A stretch of DNA of 64,000 nucleotides from Spirochaetia bacterium (GTDB lineage: Bacteria; Spirochaetota; Spirochaetia; WTKD01). The notes beneath the pieces are model-generated. The model did not search any database. It was given only the letters and a program-made list of their open reading frames with translations, and was not told the origin of the DNA. Below, in pieces: positions 51,601 to 60,536 of the stretch. Where the stretch lies: positions 258,236 to 322,235 of the forward strand of contig OZ251568.1 in the NCBI GenBank assembly GCA_965243525.1, given 5' to 3'. Made by a program: the position numbers and the translations under genes. How positions within the stretch are numbered: the stretch's first letter is position 1; each line of letters begins with the position of its first letter.

Positions 51601-54600
51601 TTCGATTGAACCATCAGCCTCACTGTTGGAGATGCTGCCATTATTATCTCCCACGAGTCCCCCCAGAGTCAGATTGATTAGCTCTATATTCTCACCGGTC
51701 AACTCGATTGATTGATCCAGATAGATTGATCCATTTGCATAACCGTTGGTGATGCTGCCAGAAAAATTACATCCCACTAATCCGCCAAGACACAGATAAC
51801 TCTTATTCTCATTGTTTCCGGTCAACTCGATTGATTCGTTCAACTCGATTGATATATCTGCACTGCTGTTGGTGATGCTGCCAGAAGAATTCAGCCCTAC
51901 TAATCCGCCAAGTCTATCATTTCCTCTGATAACTCCTCGTTCTGCACTGCAGTTTTCGATGCGACCACGGTTAGCTCCTGCCAATGCCCCTACATATTTC
52001 TTCCCTGTAATGCTGGGATTCCTGCCATTGCCATCAATAAGCTCGAGCTTGAGATTGCGCACAAGGCCATTCGCTGCTGCATCATAGTCTTCGTCAGATC
52101 CTGTGCGACCTATCTGAACAAAAAATCCCACATAGTCTTCATCTGCCTGTGCTATCTGCAAGCCAATGATTGTATTGCCATTCCCCTCGAGGATACCTAC
52201 AAAGGGGTCATCCTTGCTGCCAATAGGATCAAATACGCCACTCAAGATGATGTCGTTTGCAAGTTTGAAGGTGCCCGCAAGATTGTCTCGAATCTTCTGC
52301 AGATCCGCTCCATTGTTAATTAATTCATAGGTGATGTCTGCGGCTTCAATATTCGATCCGATGAGCACGTCGGTGAGTTCTTGACCGTCCCGTTCAAGAC
52401 TTCCACTGAAAGTTGAACCGTTTATATCCCCTTCGTTTTCTCCAGCAACACCGCCAAGGACAGCATCTGTTTCATCTCCGATGATGCTTCGGACTACTCT
52501 TCCCTCATCGATCTGTCCACTGTTTTTCCCTGCGATGCCTCCAAGAACAGACTCTGTTCCGCTCGCCGTAATGTTACCAGTCTCTCCAGACACCATATCT
52601 CTCAGGCAACCACTGTTTTCTCCGGCGATACCGCCAAGAACAGACCCTGTTCCACTCGCTGTGATACCGGCAAAAACCCGTCCAGAATTTATATACCCGG
52701 TGTTTTCTCCCGCGAAGCCACCAAGGACGGCATTTGTCCCACTGCTGATGATAGTGTCACCTCTCACTGTTGAGTCATTGATGTACCCTCCGTTCTTTCC
52801 AGCAATCCCACCGAGAAAGACGGATTCTCCACTTGCTGTAAGGGTGCTTTCAGCATTTGCGGTATGTACATAACCAGTGTTTTCCCCAACGATCCCACCA
52901 AAAATGATGTTCGCTCCACTTCCCGTGATATCCTTGATGGTTCTTACATCATCTATGTAACCACTGTTTTTTCCAGCGATTCCACCCAAAACAGTTCTTG
53001 CTTTACTCACTGTCATGTTGCTGTCAAACCATGCATAATATAGATGTCCACTGTTCTCTCCGACGATTCCACCAAGAATGGCTGCTTCTTCATTCGTTGT
53101 AATACTGCTATAAACTGTCACAGAATCCACATATCCGCTGTTTTCTCCAACAATACCACCAACACGACTCTCTTCCGCACTTCCTTGGACGCTGCCTCCA
53201 CTCACCTCGACTGCTTCGATGCGACCATAGCTTTGTCCTGCCACTGCACCGGCAAACGCACTGCCTGCAATGCTGGGATTCTCAGCATCTCCATCCACCA
53301 ATACAAGATTCAGATTACGTACAACTCCTTGCTGATAAACGCTGACATCACCAACTTCTGGCGCTCCAATCTGAGCGAAAAAGCCTGCCTTGTCGGTTTC
53401 TGCTATCTGCAGACCACTGATTGTCTTGTCATTGCCGTCAAAAACTCCCACAAAGGGATTCTCTTCACTGCCGATGGGCTCAAATGCACCACTCAGTTCA
53501 ATGTCATTTTCAAGTCTGAAGTTTCCATCAAGCTCATCTCGAACCTTCTGCAAATCTGCTGCACTGTGAATCAGCGTATACGCCCTCTGCTCTTCTTCTG
53601 TGTTTCCAGCATCTGTCTGTCTCGATTGCCATTGCAGCTTCGGCCATGCTCCTTCTCGCATCTCCCACGTATTCTCAAAATCCCAACCTGGAAAATTTTC
53701 CTGGGTTATGATATCACCATCTCCAGTTCGAACCGGATGGAAGGGTGGCTTGCCTTCAACGAGCTTATCCTCCACCGCGACCCCGTGTTCAACAACACCG
53801 CCGCTCGCAAAATCATCTCCAATGAGCACCTCAGAAACAGTGTCATCTCGACGCTGTGTTCTGAACTTTGCCGATCCAGTCAAGAGGTTGAACTTGCTTC
53901 CTTCAGTGACTCCTGAATCATCAAATTGCTGCACCCCACCGACAATCACCGGATTGCCATCAGCATCTCGGAGTGGTGGTCCCTTCTCCCAATTCGTTGA
54001 TTTAAGCGTCATCGATTCCAAATGCGTTGCATCAATCTGATAAGCACCCAAATGATAGGCCTCAATTGAATTTGCCTGGATATCTTCACCCCTCCACGGA
54101 CGGATCTCAACATCCAGTGAATCAGACCATGGACTTTGTGCATGAATATTAGTTCTACTGTCCCAGTTATCGGGATCTTCGATGTTCACCTCGTCAAGAT
54201 TATCTGATCCATCTCCTCTGATAACTACTGGACGTGATTCTCCATACACCACGACACGCACACGAAAACGATATCGCTTGGGTACCGGTGTTTCCTTTAT
54301 GCTCGTGGAATTACCAACCCCACCTTCTGCAGAATCATCCTCTGCACCTTCTGCAATTGTCCCTGAGGAGTTATTCTCGACATCTTCTAAGGTTATTTCT
54401 GCAGAATCATCCTCTGCACCGCCTAAGATTGTTTCTGCAGAGCCATTCTCAACACCGCCTTCGCCTGTCTCTGTTGAGTGATCCGAACCCTGCGTGATCG
54501 TCGCCACACCGAGATCAAGTTTCGAAAAGGTAATAGGAATCTCTGCAGTCGCCGTATAATCCTTTTCCTCGTCTTGAGGGTTTTCCGGATTGAACCAAAC

Positions 54601-56604
54601 TCTGTCTTCATCGGCGAGATCATCAGCAGCATTTTCACTTGCTTGCACATGATAGATCAACTGCGAACCCTTGGGAAAATCATTGCTCAATGAAACCGTT
54701 TGCCAAGAGAGCACCACGGCGCGACCGTATTGGTCCACTCGAAGGTTATCGATTTCCCCCAGATGAATCGCTGGAAGAACATAGTTTCCCTGCTCGTCAA
54801 ATCCTTCCGCGGGGTCCTCGAAAGATTCATCTATTGCGATGGGCTGCAGACCTTGTCGCCTGGGCAATTCCTCAATGATTTGTTGTCGCTGCGCCTCAAG
54901 CATCTCTTCCATCCGACGCAACACCGCATCATCCCTGTTCAACACTGCTTTGGCTTCGCTGACAAGAACTTGATGCACATGATTAGTTGCAATCGGCTGA
55001 ACGATCTCAGACTTGTACGAATACATCGTCTCTGCACGCAAATCCTCGCTGTCAGGGGCCAAAAAATCGCGTATCTTTTCTTTTCGCTCACAAATCCGCA
55101 CCCGAAGCACCTTGTCTCGTTGAACTTGCTCGTTTCTGTCAAAGGAAACACGAAGGGTATAAACACCACCCAATTCCAAAGGTTTCCTGTTCTCAAAACT
55201 ACAACTCCGCTTGCCATAGCTTTCTATCTGATAATACGTCTCTGCAACTTTGGTGAGTATTCCAGAGCGCCTCTGCTCATCGCTTGGCAAAAAGAGTCGA
55301 TCTGCCTTTATCGTTTTTGGGTTTTTCGGCGCAACTCCTTCTGGCTTATAAACAAAGCGTTTATCGACTTCATGTTCAAGAGTAATATCTCCCCGTACTT
55401 CTACTTCCCATTTTCCCTCCCATTCATTCCAGTGAATTGCATAGAGATCATGTCCTAGCGTCAGCTTGATTGATTCAGGTTTTAGTTCATGAGAAAGGGA
55501 GAGATTACAACGCTGAGAAGAAACTCCTCTGTAATCTTCATGGCGAAACGTTCCCTCGTTAGTTTCGAACCAAGAATCAGATCTTTCCGTATGATGCCCT
55601 GATCCCCAAATAAATTGTCTAGTGGAAAGCTTCTTATAGGTTCTTATATTAGAAAATCGAGTGATCGTTGGATTTTCCAGCGAGGTTAATTTATCAAGGT
55701 CTGGGTCAAATTCAATTTCTTTTTCCTCTGTTTCATTACTCACTCGTGTTTTGATATCATCATAAAAATCCTCAACAAGAGGCACGTCTTCAAACGTGGT
55801 TATATCGCGATAAGAAAGATAGATTCCATCGTGTTCATATCCAGTATAGTTCACCGAGGTCTGTCTATCGAGCACCTCGCAATCCTCTGCTTGAGTTATT
55901 GCTTCAGTTGAAAGATGCAGATCTGCGAAACAAATATGCCCGCGTTCATCGGCATACATCGTGTGATGATGTGATTTGAGCACCTCAGTGATCGTCTTTA
56001 ATATCGTTTCATCGCCATCAAACTCGTGATAGGGTGCATCGTAGTCAATTGCCTGATCGGTGGGTGCAAGATTGATCAAGCCACGCAAATTCGAATCTAA
56101 ACAATCGAGCAATCCATGGATGAGTGATTTTCCTGGGTTATTTGGAAGAAAAACCTTGCGCTCTGAATCGTATTCAAAATATTTTGTATCATCTGCATCC
56201 TCATCCTGTGATGCTTGCACTATGTTGTTCTTCAGCAACCACAGTGAATCGTATATCCGAAAATCAGTTTCAGAATAGCCTTTTCCTCCAGAATTTTTCG
56301 TAGGAGGATCAAGAAACCCTGTGAATATTATTTTGTCAGAATATTCCCTTGTATGTGGATTATAATCCCCTTGGATCATAAAAACTTCTGCGCGAATCCA
56401 ATCGTAATCACCCAGGCGGATTTTTAAATCTTCCTCGCTAATCCACCCCTTGAGACGAAAACTGCAGGTCCCTATTTTTGCTCCACCTTGTTGGTGAAAC
56501 GTACGCTGTATTCTAAGCGTTTTTTCCCTGATGTCAACGGTATATCCAGCATACTGCGTGCCAGGATTCCCATCTTTGATAGCTGTTAAAAGTAACTTAT
56601 GCAC
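48679..56604 (-). CDS. Giant (2641 aa) phage tail tip/fibre-like protein with GLUG modules and long GGLVG-type beta-helix repeats
   Basis: It lies immediately downstream of the TMP-like gene. N-terminal roughly 550 aa of tail-tip-like region. WDFENTWEMREGAWPKLQW at about 53.6 kb. Two GLUG N-modules (DLQKVRDELDGNFRLENDIELSG... and DLQKIRDNLAGTFKLANDIILSG...). Roughly 2.8 kb of GGLVG.N repeats. A C-terminal domain of about 400 aa of unknown function. Confidence 0.7.
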   Translation of the reverse strand: MHKLLLTAIKDGNPGTQYAGYTVDIREKTLRIQRTFHQQGGAKIGTCSFRLKGWISEEDLKIRLGDYDWIRAEVFMIQGDYNPHTREYSDKIIFTGFLDPPTKNSGGKGYSETDFRIYDSLWLLKNNIVQASQDEDADDTKYFEYDSERKVFLPNNPGKSLIHGLLDCLDSNLRGLINLAPTDQAIDYDAPYHEFDGDETILKTITEVLKSHHHTMYADERGHICFADLHLSTEAITQAEDCEVLDRQTSVNYTGYEHDGIYLSYRDITTFEDVPLVEDFYDDIKTRVSNETEEKEIEFDPDLDKLTSLENPTITRFSNIRTYKKLSTRQFIWGSGHHTERSDSWFETNEGTFRHEDYRGVSSQRCNLSLSHELKPESIKLTLGHDLYAIHWNEWEGKWEVEVRGDITLEHEVDKRFVYKPEGVAPKNPKTIKADRLFLPSDEQRRSGILTKVAETYYQIESYGKRSCSFENRKPLELGGVYTLRVSFDRNEQVQRDKVLRVRICERKEKIRDFLAPDSEDLRAETMYSYKSEIVQPIATNHVHQVLVSEAKAVLNRDDAVLRRMEEMLEAQRQQIIEELPRRQGLQPIAIDESFEDPAEGFDEQGNYVLPAIHLGEIDNLRVDQYGRAVVLSWQTVSLSNDFPKGSQLIYHVQASENAADDLADEDRVWFNPENPQDEEKDYTATAEIPITFSKLDLGVATITQGSDHSTETGEGGVENGSAETILGGAEDDSAEITLEDVENNSSGTIAEGAEDDSAEGGVGNSTSIKETPVPKRYRFRVRVVVYGESRPVVIRGDGSDNLDEVNIEDPDNWDSRTNIHAQSPWSDSLDVEIRPWRGEDIQANSIEAYHLGAYQIDATHLESMTLKSTNWEKGPPLRDADGNPVIVGGVQQFDDSGVTEGSKFNLLTGSAKFRTQRRDDTVSEVLIGDDFASGGVVEHGVAVEDKLVEGKPPFHPVRTGDGDIITQENFPGWDFENTWEMREGAWPKLQWQSRQTDAGNTEEEQRAYTLIHSAADLQKVRDELDGNFRLENDIELSGAFEPIGSEENPFVGVFDGNDKTISGLQIAETDKAGFFAQIGAPEVGDVSVYQQGVVRNLNLVLVDGDAENPSIAGSAFAGAVAGQSYGRIEAVEVSGGSVQGSAEESRVGGIVGENSGYVDSVTVYSSITTNEEAAILGGIVGENSGHLYYAWFDSNMTVSKARTVLGGIAGKNSGYIDDVRTIKDITGSGANIIFGGIVGENTGYVHTANAESTLTASGESVFLGGIAGKNGGYINDSTVRGDTIISSGTNAVLGGFAGENTGYINSGRVFAGITASGTGSVLGGIAGENSGCLRDMVSGETGNITASGTESVLGGIAGKNSGQIDEGRVVRSIIGDETDAVLGGVAGENEGDINGSTFSGSLERDGQELTDVLIGSNIEAADITYELINNGADLQKIRDNLAGTFKLANDIILSGVFDPIGSKDDPFVGILEGNGNTIIGLQIAQADEDYVGFFVQIGRTGSDEDYDAAANGLVRNLKLELIDGNGRNPSITGKKYVGALAGANRGRIENCSAERGVIRGNDRLGGLVGLNSSGSITNSSADISIELNESIELTGNNENKSYLCLGGLVGCNFSGSITNGYANGSIYLDQSIELTGENIELINLTLGGLVGDNNGSISNSEADGSIELDESIELSGSLTRDNLALRFGGLAGLNHDSIINSQANGSVAISGDSVNCHRLYLGGLAGVSASSSVTNSTAGGDVLLEGNTVRSKSLNLGGLVGWNSESRTKNSVSYGSVRLSGDTVQYTELYSGGLTGRNADSSITNSKASGGVTMGDSTELSADNAEDSTYLDFAGLVGSNKDSRISNSSAGGEIDLNGSVSLNGSSEGHNRLRLGGLVGWNNGKITANHASASVKISGTITEDTIYMRLGGLVGTNSGSIINDIASGGVELTGSVTLGGTVEDSNYLQLGGLVGRNYDNARIVNGSVFEASELNGPIKLSGSVTLNGSSESSNVLQLGGLVGGSSGSIIKSNANKSITLSGTVELTGTSTSSNSLRLGGLIGGDTGSITKSSASGAVTLRDGTVRSTYLNLGGLTGTSRGSISDSIASGAVTLDEGIITSRYLYLGGLVGANSGSITDSTTAARGSVVLSGGITEVDRDTCLGGLAGTNNATGSITNSTANARCEMNAENVNSTYLYLSGLVGWNGGSILQSRANGAVTGRGSVASEDNHLSVGGLVGVNWNEGNIASCVASGDVNESISGTGDNVHVGGLVGENKNSITRSAANGTVNGSIHVGGLVGFNDVDTSVTLCAASGAVNGTGDLGGLVGNNSGTIQDCTAGGAVTGIGSFHDMGGLAGQNQQSIERCYAIGTVSGVGYGGNLVGKNLADAEIQTSYFDMELTGLNRGVGRDVGESSIGHYYSFGIPAIGKTRLDALGLAMSSPYGAAEYGIHLEGIFPPNRRPSIRRDLRISANTGIKHTITSGNSTGVMHDTIHPLGAFENHYGGHFYVHRSATEGGKSIFFTLINSNTEFGPSNIWTQQPENQQWGSEWYQRIKVGYYRVVCLHVYFILSNFPGNFRGGLKFNPGWGIGYSTLTYPVPGYIDSSGVVGHRILDRHLFCRNNPSQGSDGGFLFTSFGIMDYIQENENASAYLNIRLQGGFA
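49680..52480 (-). repeat. Coding GGLVG.N.GSI.NS.A.G repeat array (beta-helix-like) inside the giant protein
   Basis: Dozens of imperfect repeats of about 20 aa. The plus-strand shadow ORFs read PTKPP, the reverse complement of GGLVG. Confidence 0.8.
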
Positions 56605-57787
56605 CGATCAACTCCTCTGTTCTCTGCACAGAATTAACCATGCTCGCAAATTCATTTGCCACATCGGTTTCAATCACCGATCCCTGCACCGTAATATTGT
56701 AATTGTGGTAGGTATACACTATTTGATACCCTTTTCCACCCCCTCCTGTATAATCGTCAAGACGATCCAAGGGAATAATCGCCTCAGATTGAACTTCACC
56801 CACTCGATACAACCCACCATAAGGGGGTTGTGCTGGAATGATGCCTCCAAAGGCTGCCCCAGGATATGGTTGACTTGCAATCATGGCTATTTGTGTTGCT
56901 CCTATCGCCGTAGCAATCAGAGCAGTAGCTATAGCCACTGGGAGCGGATTGGTTGCAAATGCAGTCAGAACTGCAAGGCTCGTTTGAATAACTGCATTGG
57001 CAATAGCCACTTTCTTCTTTTGCTCAAATTTTCGTTTGTCAAGATCTTCTTGCCTTGCATCAATATCTTCTCGATCTTTCTGCAACTTTGCCATCTCTGT
57101 TCTTTCATATTCAACCCATTCTTCATTTGCTGCCTTGCGACGCTCAACCTCTTCCTCCAAAGTGCTTTGTTTTTCGTCAAGCCCTTCCGTATCCTCATCA
57201 ATCTCACTTTGTTCCTCTTGAAATCCCTCAGCAGCTGCTGCATCTACCATTGAAACAATTGCCGAAGAGAGTCCTCCAATGGCTGCTCCGATAGCCATGG
57301 CCTGTTCTTGCCATGTATTGCTTTTATCCTTCACTACTTTCGTTTGTTCACTATCATAATCTAAAAATGTATCAAGAATACCTACGACACTTTCAATAGA
57401 TGCCTGGATCCCCGAAGAAAATACGCCTGCTTTCTCTTCAGTTTCACCAAACATTTTCATTATTTCACCAACAACGGGACCCACAGCACTGGTGATACCT
57501 CCCGTCACATCAGAAAGATTCTGGACCCCCTCTGCCTTAGGTATCGTCGCAGCTGATCCGCCAGCGTCTTTTTCGGGAAATTCATGCCCAAAATAAGAGA
57601 GGACACTCGTGATCGCTGATCCTATGTCAAATGTTTTTAAACTAGAAAAGGCCTGTTCAATTTCACCAATACTTGTAGCACCCTCCTTAAAGAGACCAAC
57701 AAGATCCTTAACGGCTCCGCCAAATTCAGAAAATCCATCGATCATTGCATTTGTATCTGTTGTTTTATCCGCCATTTTTTTCTCCAA
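56597..57787 (-). CDS. Tail tape measure protein-like (short, 396 aa)
   Basis: Coiled-coil acidic central segment, a hydrophobic Ala/Ile-rich stretch (VAIANAVIQTSLAVLTAFATNPLPVAIATALIATAIG) and a Gly-rich C-terminus. It follows the G/GT chaperone genes. Confidence 0.6.
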   Translation of the reverse strand: MEKKMADKTTDTNAMIDGFSEFGGAVKDLVGLFKEGATSIGEIEQAFSSLKTFDIGSAITSVLSYFGHEFPEKDAGGSAATIPKAEGVQNLSDVTGGITSAVGPVVGEIMKMFGETEEKAGVFSSGIQASIESVVGILDTFLDYDSEQTKVVKDKSNTWQEQAMAIGAAIGGLSSAIVSMVDAAAAEGFQEEQSEIDEDTEGLDEKQSTLEEEVERRKAANEEWVEYERTEMAKLQKDREDIDARQEDLDKRKFEQKKKVAIANAVIQTSLAVLTAFATNPLPVAIATALIATAIGATQIAMIASQPYPGAAFGGIIPAQPPYGGLYRVGEVQSEAIIPLDRLDDYTGGGGKGYQIVYTYHNYNITVQGSVIETDVANEFASMVNSVQRTEELIGA

Positions 57788-57891
57788 TTTTCAATTTCTG
57801 GTGTACATACGCGTCTACAGCATCTTTGTGTAGGTTTCATTCTCTTCTCATAGTTTCCCAACAATGTATGATTAATCCCTGCAGGAAATTG

Positions 57892-58176
57892 CTAGTTTCT
57901 TTCTGCTTTTTTTTGCAATTTCCAATTTTCAACGCGTACATACGCGAGATCAATGATACGTAATACCGTAAGAACAATTGGCTTTTCATGAACATAGCCA
58001 CGCCCGTGGGGAAGTCCGAATTGTTTCCAATCTGACCAGAGTTTCATCGCTGAATAATACGTCTGGTCAAAGATTTTTCGCATCTCCTCAACTTCTATAA
58101 TCCCATCGGGGGTGATAACTGCCACATCGTCATCACCCCGACAGAATCCGCACAGGGCAGCCCGTATCAGTTTTTT
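57892..58176 (-). CDS. T-like extension of the tail assembly chaperone (GT fusion by a -1 programmed frameshift)
   Basis: The -1 frame is open from the slippery site through the 77-aa ORF (…KKLIRAALCGFCRGDDDVAVITPDG…) with no stops. Confidence 0.55.
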   Translation of the reverse strand, partial: KKLIRAALCGFCRGDDDVAVITPDGIIEVEEMRKIFDQTYYSAMKLWSDWKQFGLPHGRGYVHEKPIVLTVLRIIDLAYVRVENWKLQKKAERN

Positions 58177-58535
58177 TGTTGTTTCTCACTCAATTGCTCA
58201 CCTTGTGTAACATAGCGAGCAAGTTCCTGAACCAAGCCCATAATAACGGGGGTCTTGGCTCGTGCAAGCTGCAGCCCCGTTTCAATCTCTGTCTCTTTTC
58301 CATCAACAACTAATGAAAGATTGTTAATTGCTCCAACATGTTTTTCAAGAATTTCCTTGGTATCGAATCGAAATCCAATCGTGCCGTCCATTTGATAATT
58401 AATTTTTTGCAACTGCTCAGATTCCAAAACCGTCGGCATTGAAATATTCACTGTGATTTGTTCATCCTCATTCAGTTTTCGATTGCCATTCCACTTTGGA
58501 ACATAGCGAACCTTTGTATTGGTTGCGATTTTCAT
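58167..58535 (-). CDS. Tail assembly chaperone, G-like
   Basis: 122 aa, between the major tail protein and the TMP. It ends …EKQQKN* with A AAA AAC three nt before the stop. Confidence 0.55.
   Translation of the reverse strand: MKIATNTKVRYVPKWNGNRKLNEDEQITVNISMPTVLESEQLQKINYQMDGTIGFRFDTKEILEKHVGAINNLSLVVDGKETEIETGLQLARAKTPVIMGLVQELARYVTQGEQLSEKQQKN
58170..58176 (-). other. Slippery heptamer A-AAA-AAC (programmed -1 ribosomal frameshift site)
   Basis: Canonical X XXY YYZ heptamer immediately before the stop of the G-like ORF. The -1 frame continues into the downstream ORF. Confidence 0.6.
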
Positions 58536-58544
58536 GAACTACTC

Positions 58545-59249
58545 CTAAATCTTATGCTTGTACACGTGAGGATGTGCGCCACCAACAACCGTAAAATTAT
58601 AGTTGAAAGTCTGCATCCCACTTGCTGGCTTGTCTGTTGTGATTGAATCAACAATCATCGGCAAATACATCCAGATTTCATACCCACTTGCGGAGCTGCC
58701 CTTTTCTTTTCGAGAAAGCAATGCGTGGATGGTTCCAGCGCTTGATTTCCTCTTTTCTGTCAGACTACTACCTTCGTTCGTGACAATTGTCCAAAACTTG
58801 TTGAGCAGACGATCTTGTGCATCTGATCCATCAACAAAATAGCCATTGACTGCGCCAGAGATTTCTGGTCGCTCGCTGAGCACATAGGTCTTTGCCTCAT
58901 CAAGCTGAGTTGTTGCGTCAATCTTTTCAAGGGTGCTCCCCAATGTAATATCAAGCACATTGGCAAGCTTGACCAAGGTGAACTTTTTCAACTCATCACC
59001 TGCAGTCAGTTTTGTTCCAGCTGCAAATTCCGATGGAGTTTTGAAAACTCTGCCGGGGGTCATTCCGGCGGGAATGGGATAAATGTCAGTTCCAGTCGAA
59101 TCTTGAGATCTCAAAGACAACACTTGGTACCATGAATCTGCTTCCAAGGTGCTTCCACCGGTTAGGTTGGCCCCATCTGCAAAATCCAATTCATACAGGA
59201 GCCCTCGTTGTCCTGTTAAACGAATATCACTTATATCTCTTTGTGTCAT
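58545..59249 (-). CDS. Major tail (tube) protein-like
   Basis: 234 aa. It is called by conserved position, immediately upstream of the G/GT chaperone pair. Confidence 0.4.
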   Translation of the reverse strand: MTQRDISDIRLTGQRGLLYELDFADGANLTGGSTLEADSWYQVLSLRSQDSTGTDIYPIPAGMTPGRVFKTPSEFAAGTKLTAGDELKKFTLVKLANVLDITLGSTLEKIDATTQLDEAKTYVLSERPEISGAVNGYFVDGSDAQDRLLNKFWTIVTNEGSSLTEKRKSSAGTIHALLSRKEKGSSASGYEIWMYLPMIVDSITTDKPASGMQTFNYNFTVVGGAHPHVYKHKI

Positions 59250-59262
59250 ATATACTCCTTTT

Positions 59263-59607
59263 TTAGCCTGTACTTACCAGGCATTCTATCACCGCACGAA
59301 ATGCATGCCCTTGATCACTTACATTAACTTCAAGAAATTCAACTTCCTTTATATTCCATTCCGCAAACGATATTTCATTCCGCGAAAGTTCAGTAAGCGC
59401 CGAAAACAGCGTATCGCACGTTTCTATTTGTTGTACGCCAAAAATCGCAATACCATAGGTACGTAATTGTGTTTTTAGGTCGGTTTCCATGGAACTCGGG
59501 ACAATTCGGATCTCACTTTGAATACTGTATATATCTTTGTATCCTTGCTCCACCGTATATCCTTTGCCTTCCAGAAATTCAACCATTTTTGTTACAAGTT
59601 CATTCAT
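59263..59607 (-). CDS. Hypothetical protein, possible tail terminator/completion protein
   Basis: 114 aa. It is the first gene of the minus-strand tail module, with AAAGG 8 nt upstream. Confidence 0.3.
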   Translation of the reverse strand: MNELVTKMVEFLEGKGYTVEQGYKDIYSIQSEIRIVPSSMETDLKTQLRTYGIAIFGVQQIETCDTLFSALTELSRNEISFAEWNIKEVEFLEVNVSDQGHAFRAVIECLVSTG

Positions 59608-60147
59608 TGGTATACCTTTATGTGTAGATTATGCGATACTCCTCATGCATATTTTTCTTTGCTCACAAAGCACAGGAACCTTCCAGCAAGAATGCCTTCG
59701 TCTCTAAACCATCATGAAGAGGTGCACCTCTTTGTGATGTGTCTATTGCGCTCTGTAATGATTGCATCCGGATCTCCGCAATGTCCTGCCATAGTGTTGC
59801 ATGGTGCTTTGCATGTCCTGGTGTTGCTGCTTTTTCGTTCTATTTTCTGCAGCCTTTGGTGCGCCAGACATGGGTATCTGCATACATCATTGCCTATGGT
59901 CAACTGGTGCGGATGTTCGGTGCATCTCAATGTTTGCATTGCGATGAGAAATCATCTCACAGTCTTCATTTCTTCACCGTCTTTTCAGACGATATCTGCG
60001 CTGACATTCAACAAGCCAAGCTCGGTGTCTGCCATCACTGTGTTATTCTCGCATGACTGAGCGTACAAAATACAATCTCATTGGTACGGTGTTGTGGACG
60101 TTCTGAGCAGGATATTGTGTAGTGGAACATACAGACGTGTTCCTGGA

Positions 60148-60266
60148 GGCTGTTTGTGAAATCTTGTGTGTGGTTTAAGGTCAGTTTGTGAAATGGAACA
60201 ACCAAGATGCAGAAATGCCACTGCTTTGCGGAAAGCTTCACGGATGGGCGTCTGCACCTTGGTTAT
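60148..60266. repeat. Intergenic repeat, copy C (related to the distal part of copy B)
   Basis: GGCTGTTTGTGAAAT...GATGCAGAAATGCCACTGCTTTGCGGAAAGCTTCACGGATGGGCGTCTGCACC. Confidence 0.6.
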
Positions 60267-60287
60267 TGATTAAAAAAGCGAGCTATC

Positions 60288-60536
60288 TCACGGAGTCGCC
60301 AAATATATTTCATCGAGATAGATCGTTCCTGTATTCACGTTTTGTCCTTGAAAGGCGAAGTCAGTGATTTGGAACCCTGTGGTCTCTGCTAGAGTTAGAT
60401 CAAACATAGAAGGAGGAATCTCGACTCGAGTCCAACGATTGGACCCTTTAATAAAATCAGCAATCTCAATCTCTACGAAGCGGCTACCGTCATTATCTTG
60501 AAAGTTCACTAGGGCTACAGCAAATGTGTCAATCAC
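60288..60536 (-). pseudogene. C-terminal fragment of the paralogous lipoprotein family (truncated copy)
   Basis: 82 aa ending GTIYLDEIYLATP, matching the C-termini of the family at 60694-63501 (GTVYLDEVYLYMR). It has no signal peptide. Confidence 0.5.

Noticed and set aside
49679-52873. Plus-strand ORFs (for example 49679-49864, 50006-50401, 52481-52873) with Pro/Thr-rich translations
   Set aside because: They are reverse-complement shadows of the GGLVG/GGIAG repeats inside the 2641-aa minus-strand gene (PTKPP is the shadow of GGLVG).
46382-59607. Interpretation as a complete inducible prophage
   Set aside because: No terminase, portal, capsid, holin/endolysin or integrase could be recognised in or next to the module. 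Only tail and regulatory genes are present.
59608-60287. Roughly 680-bp gap upstream of the tail module, with weak ORFs on both strands (59518-60060 plus, 59712-59939 and 60035-60241 minus)
   Set aside because: It has no RBS, no conserved motifs, and mutually overlapping frames. It is more likely promoter DNA or decayed DNA, and it could hold remnants of lost head genes, but nothing is supportable.
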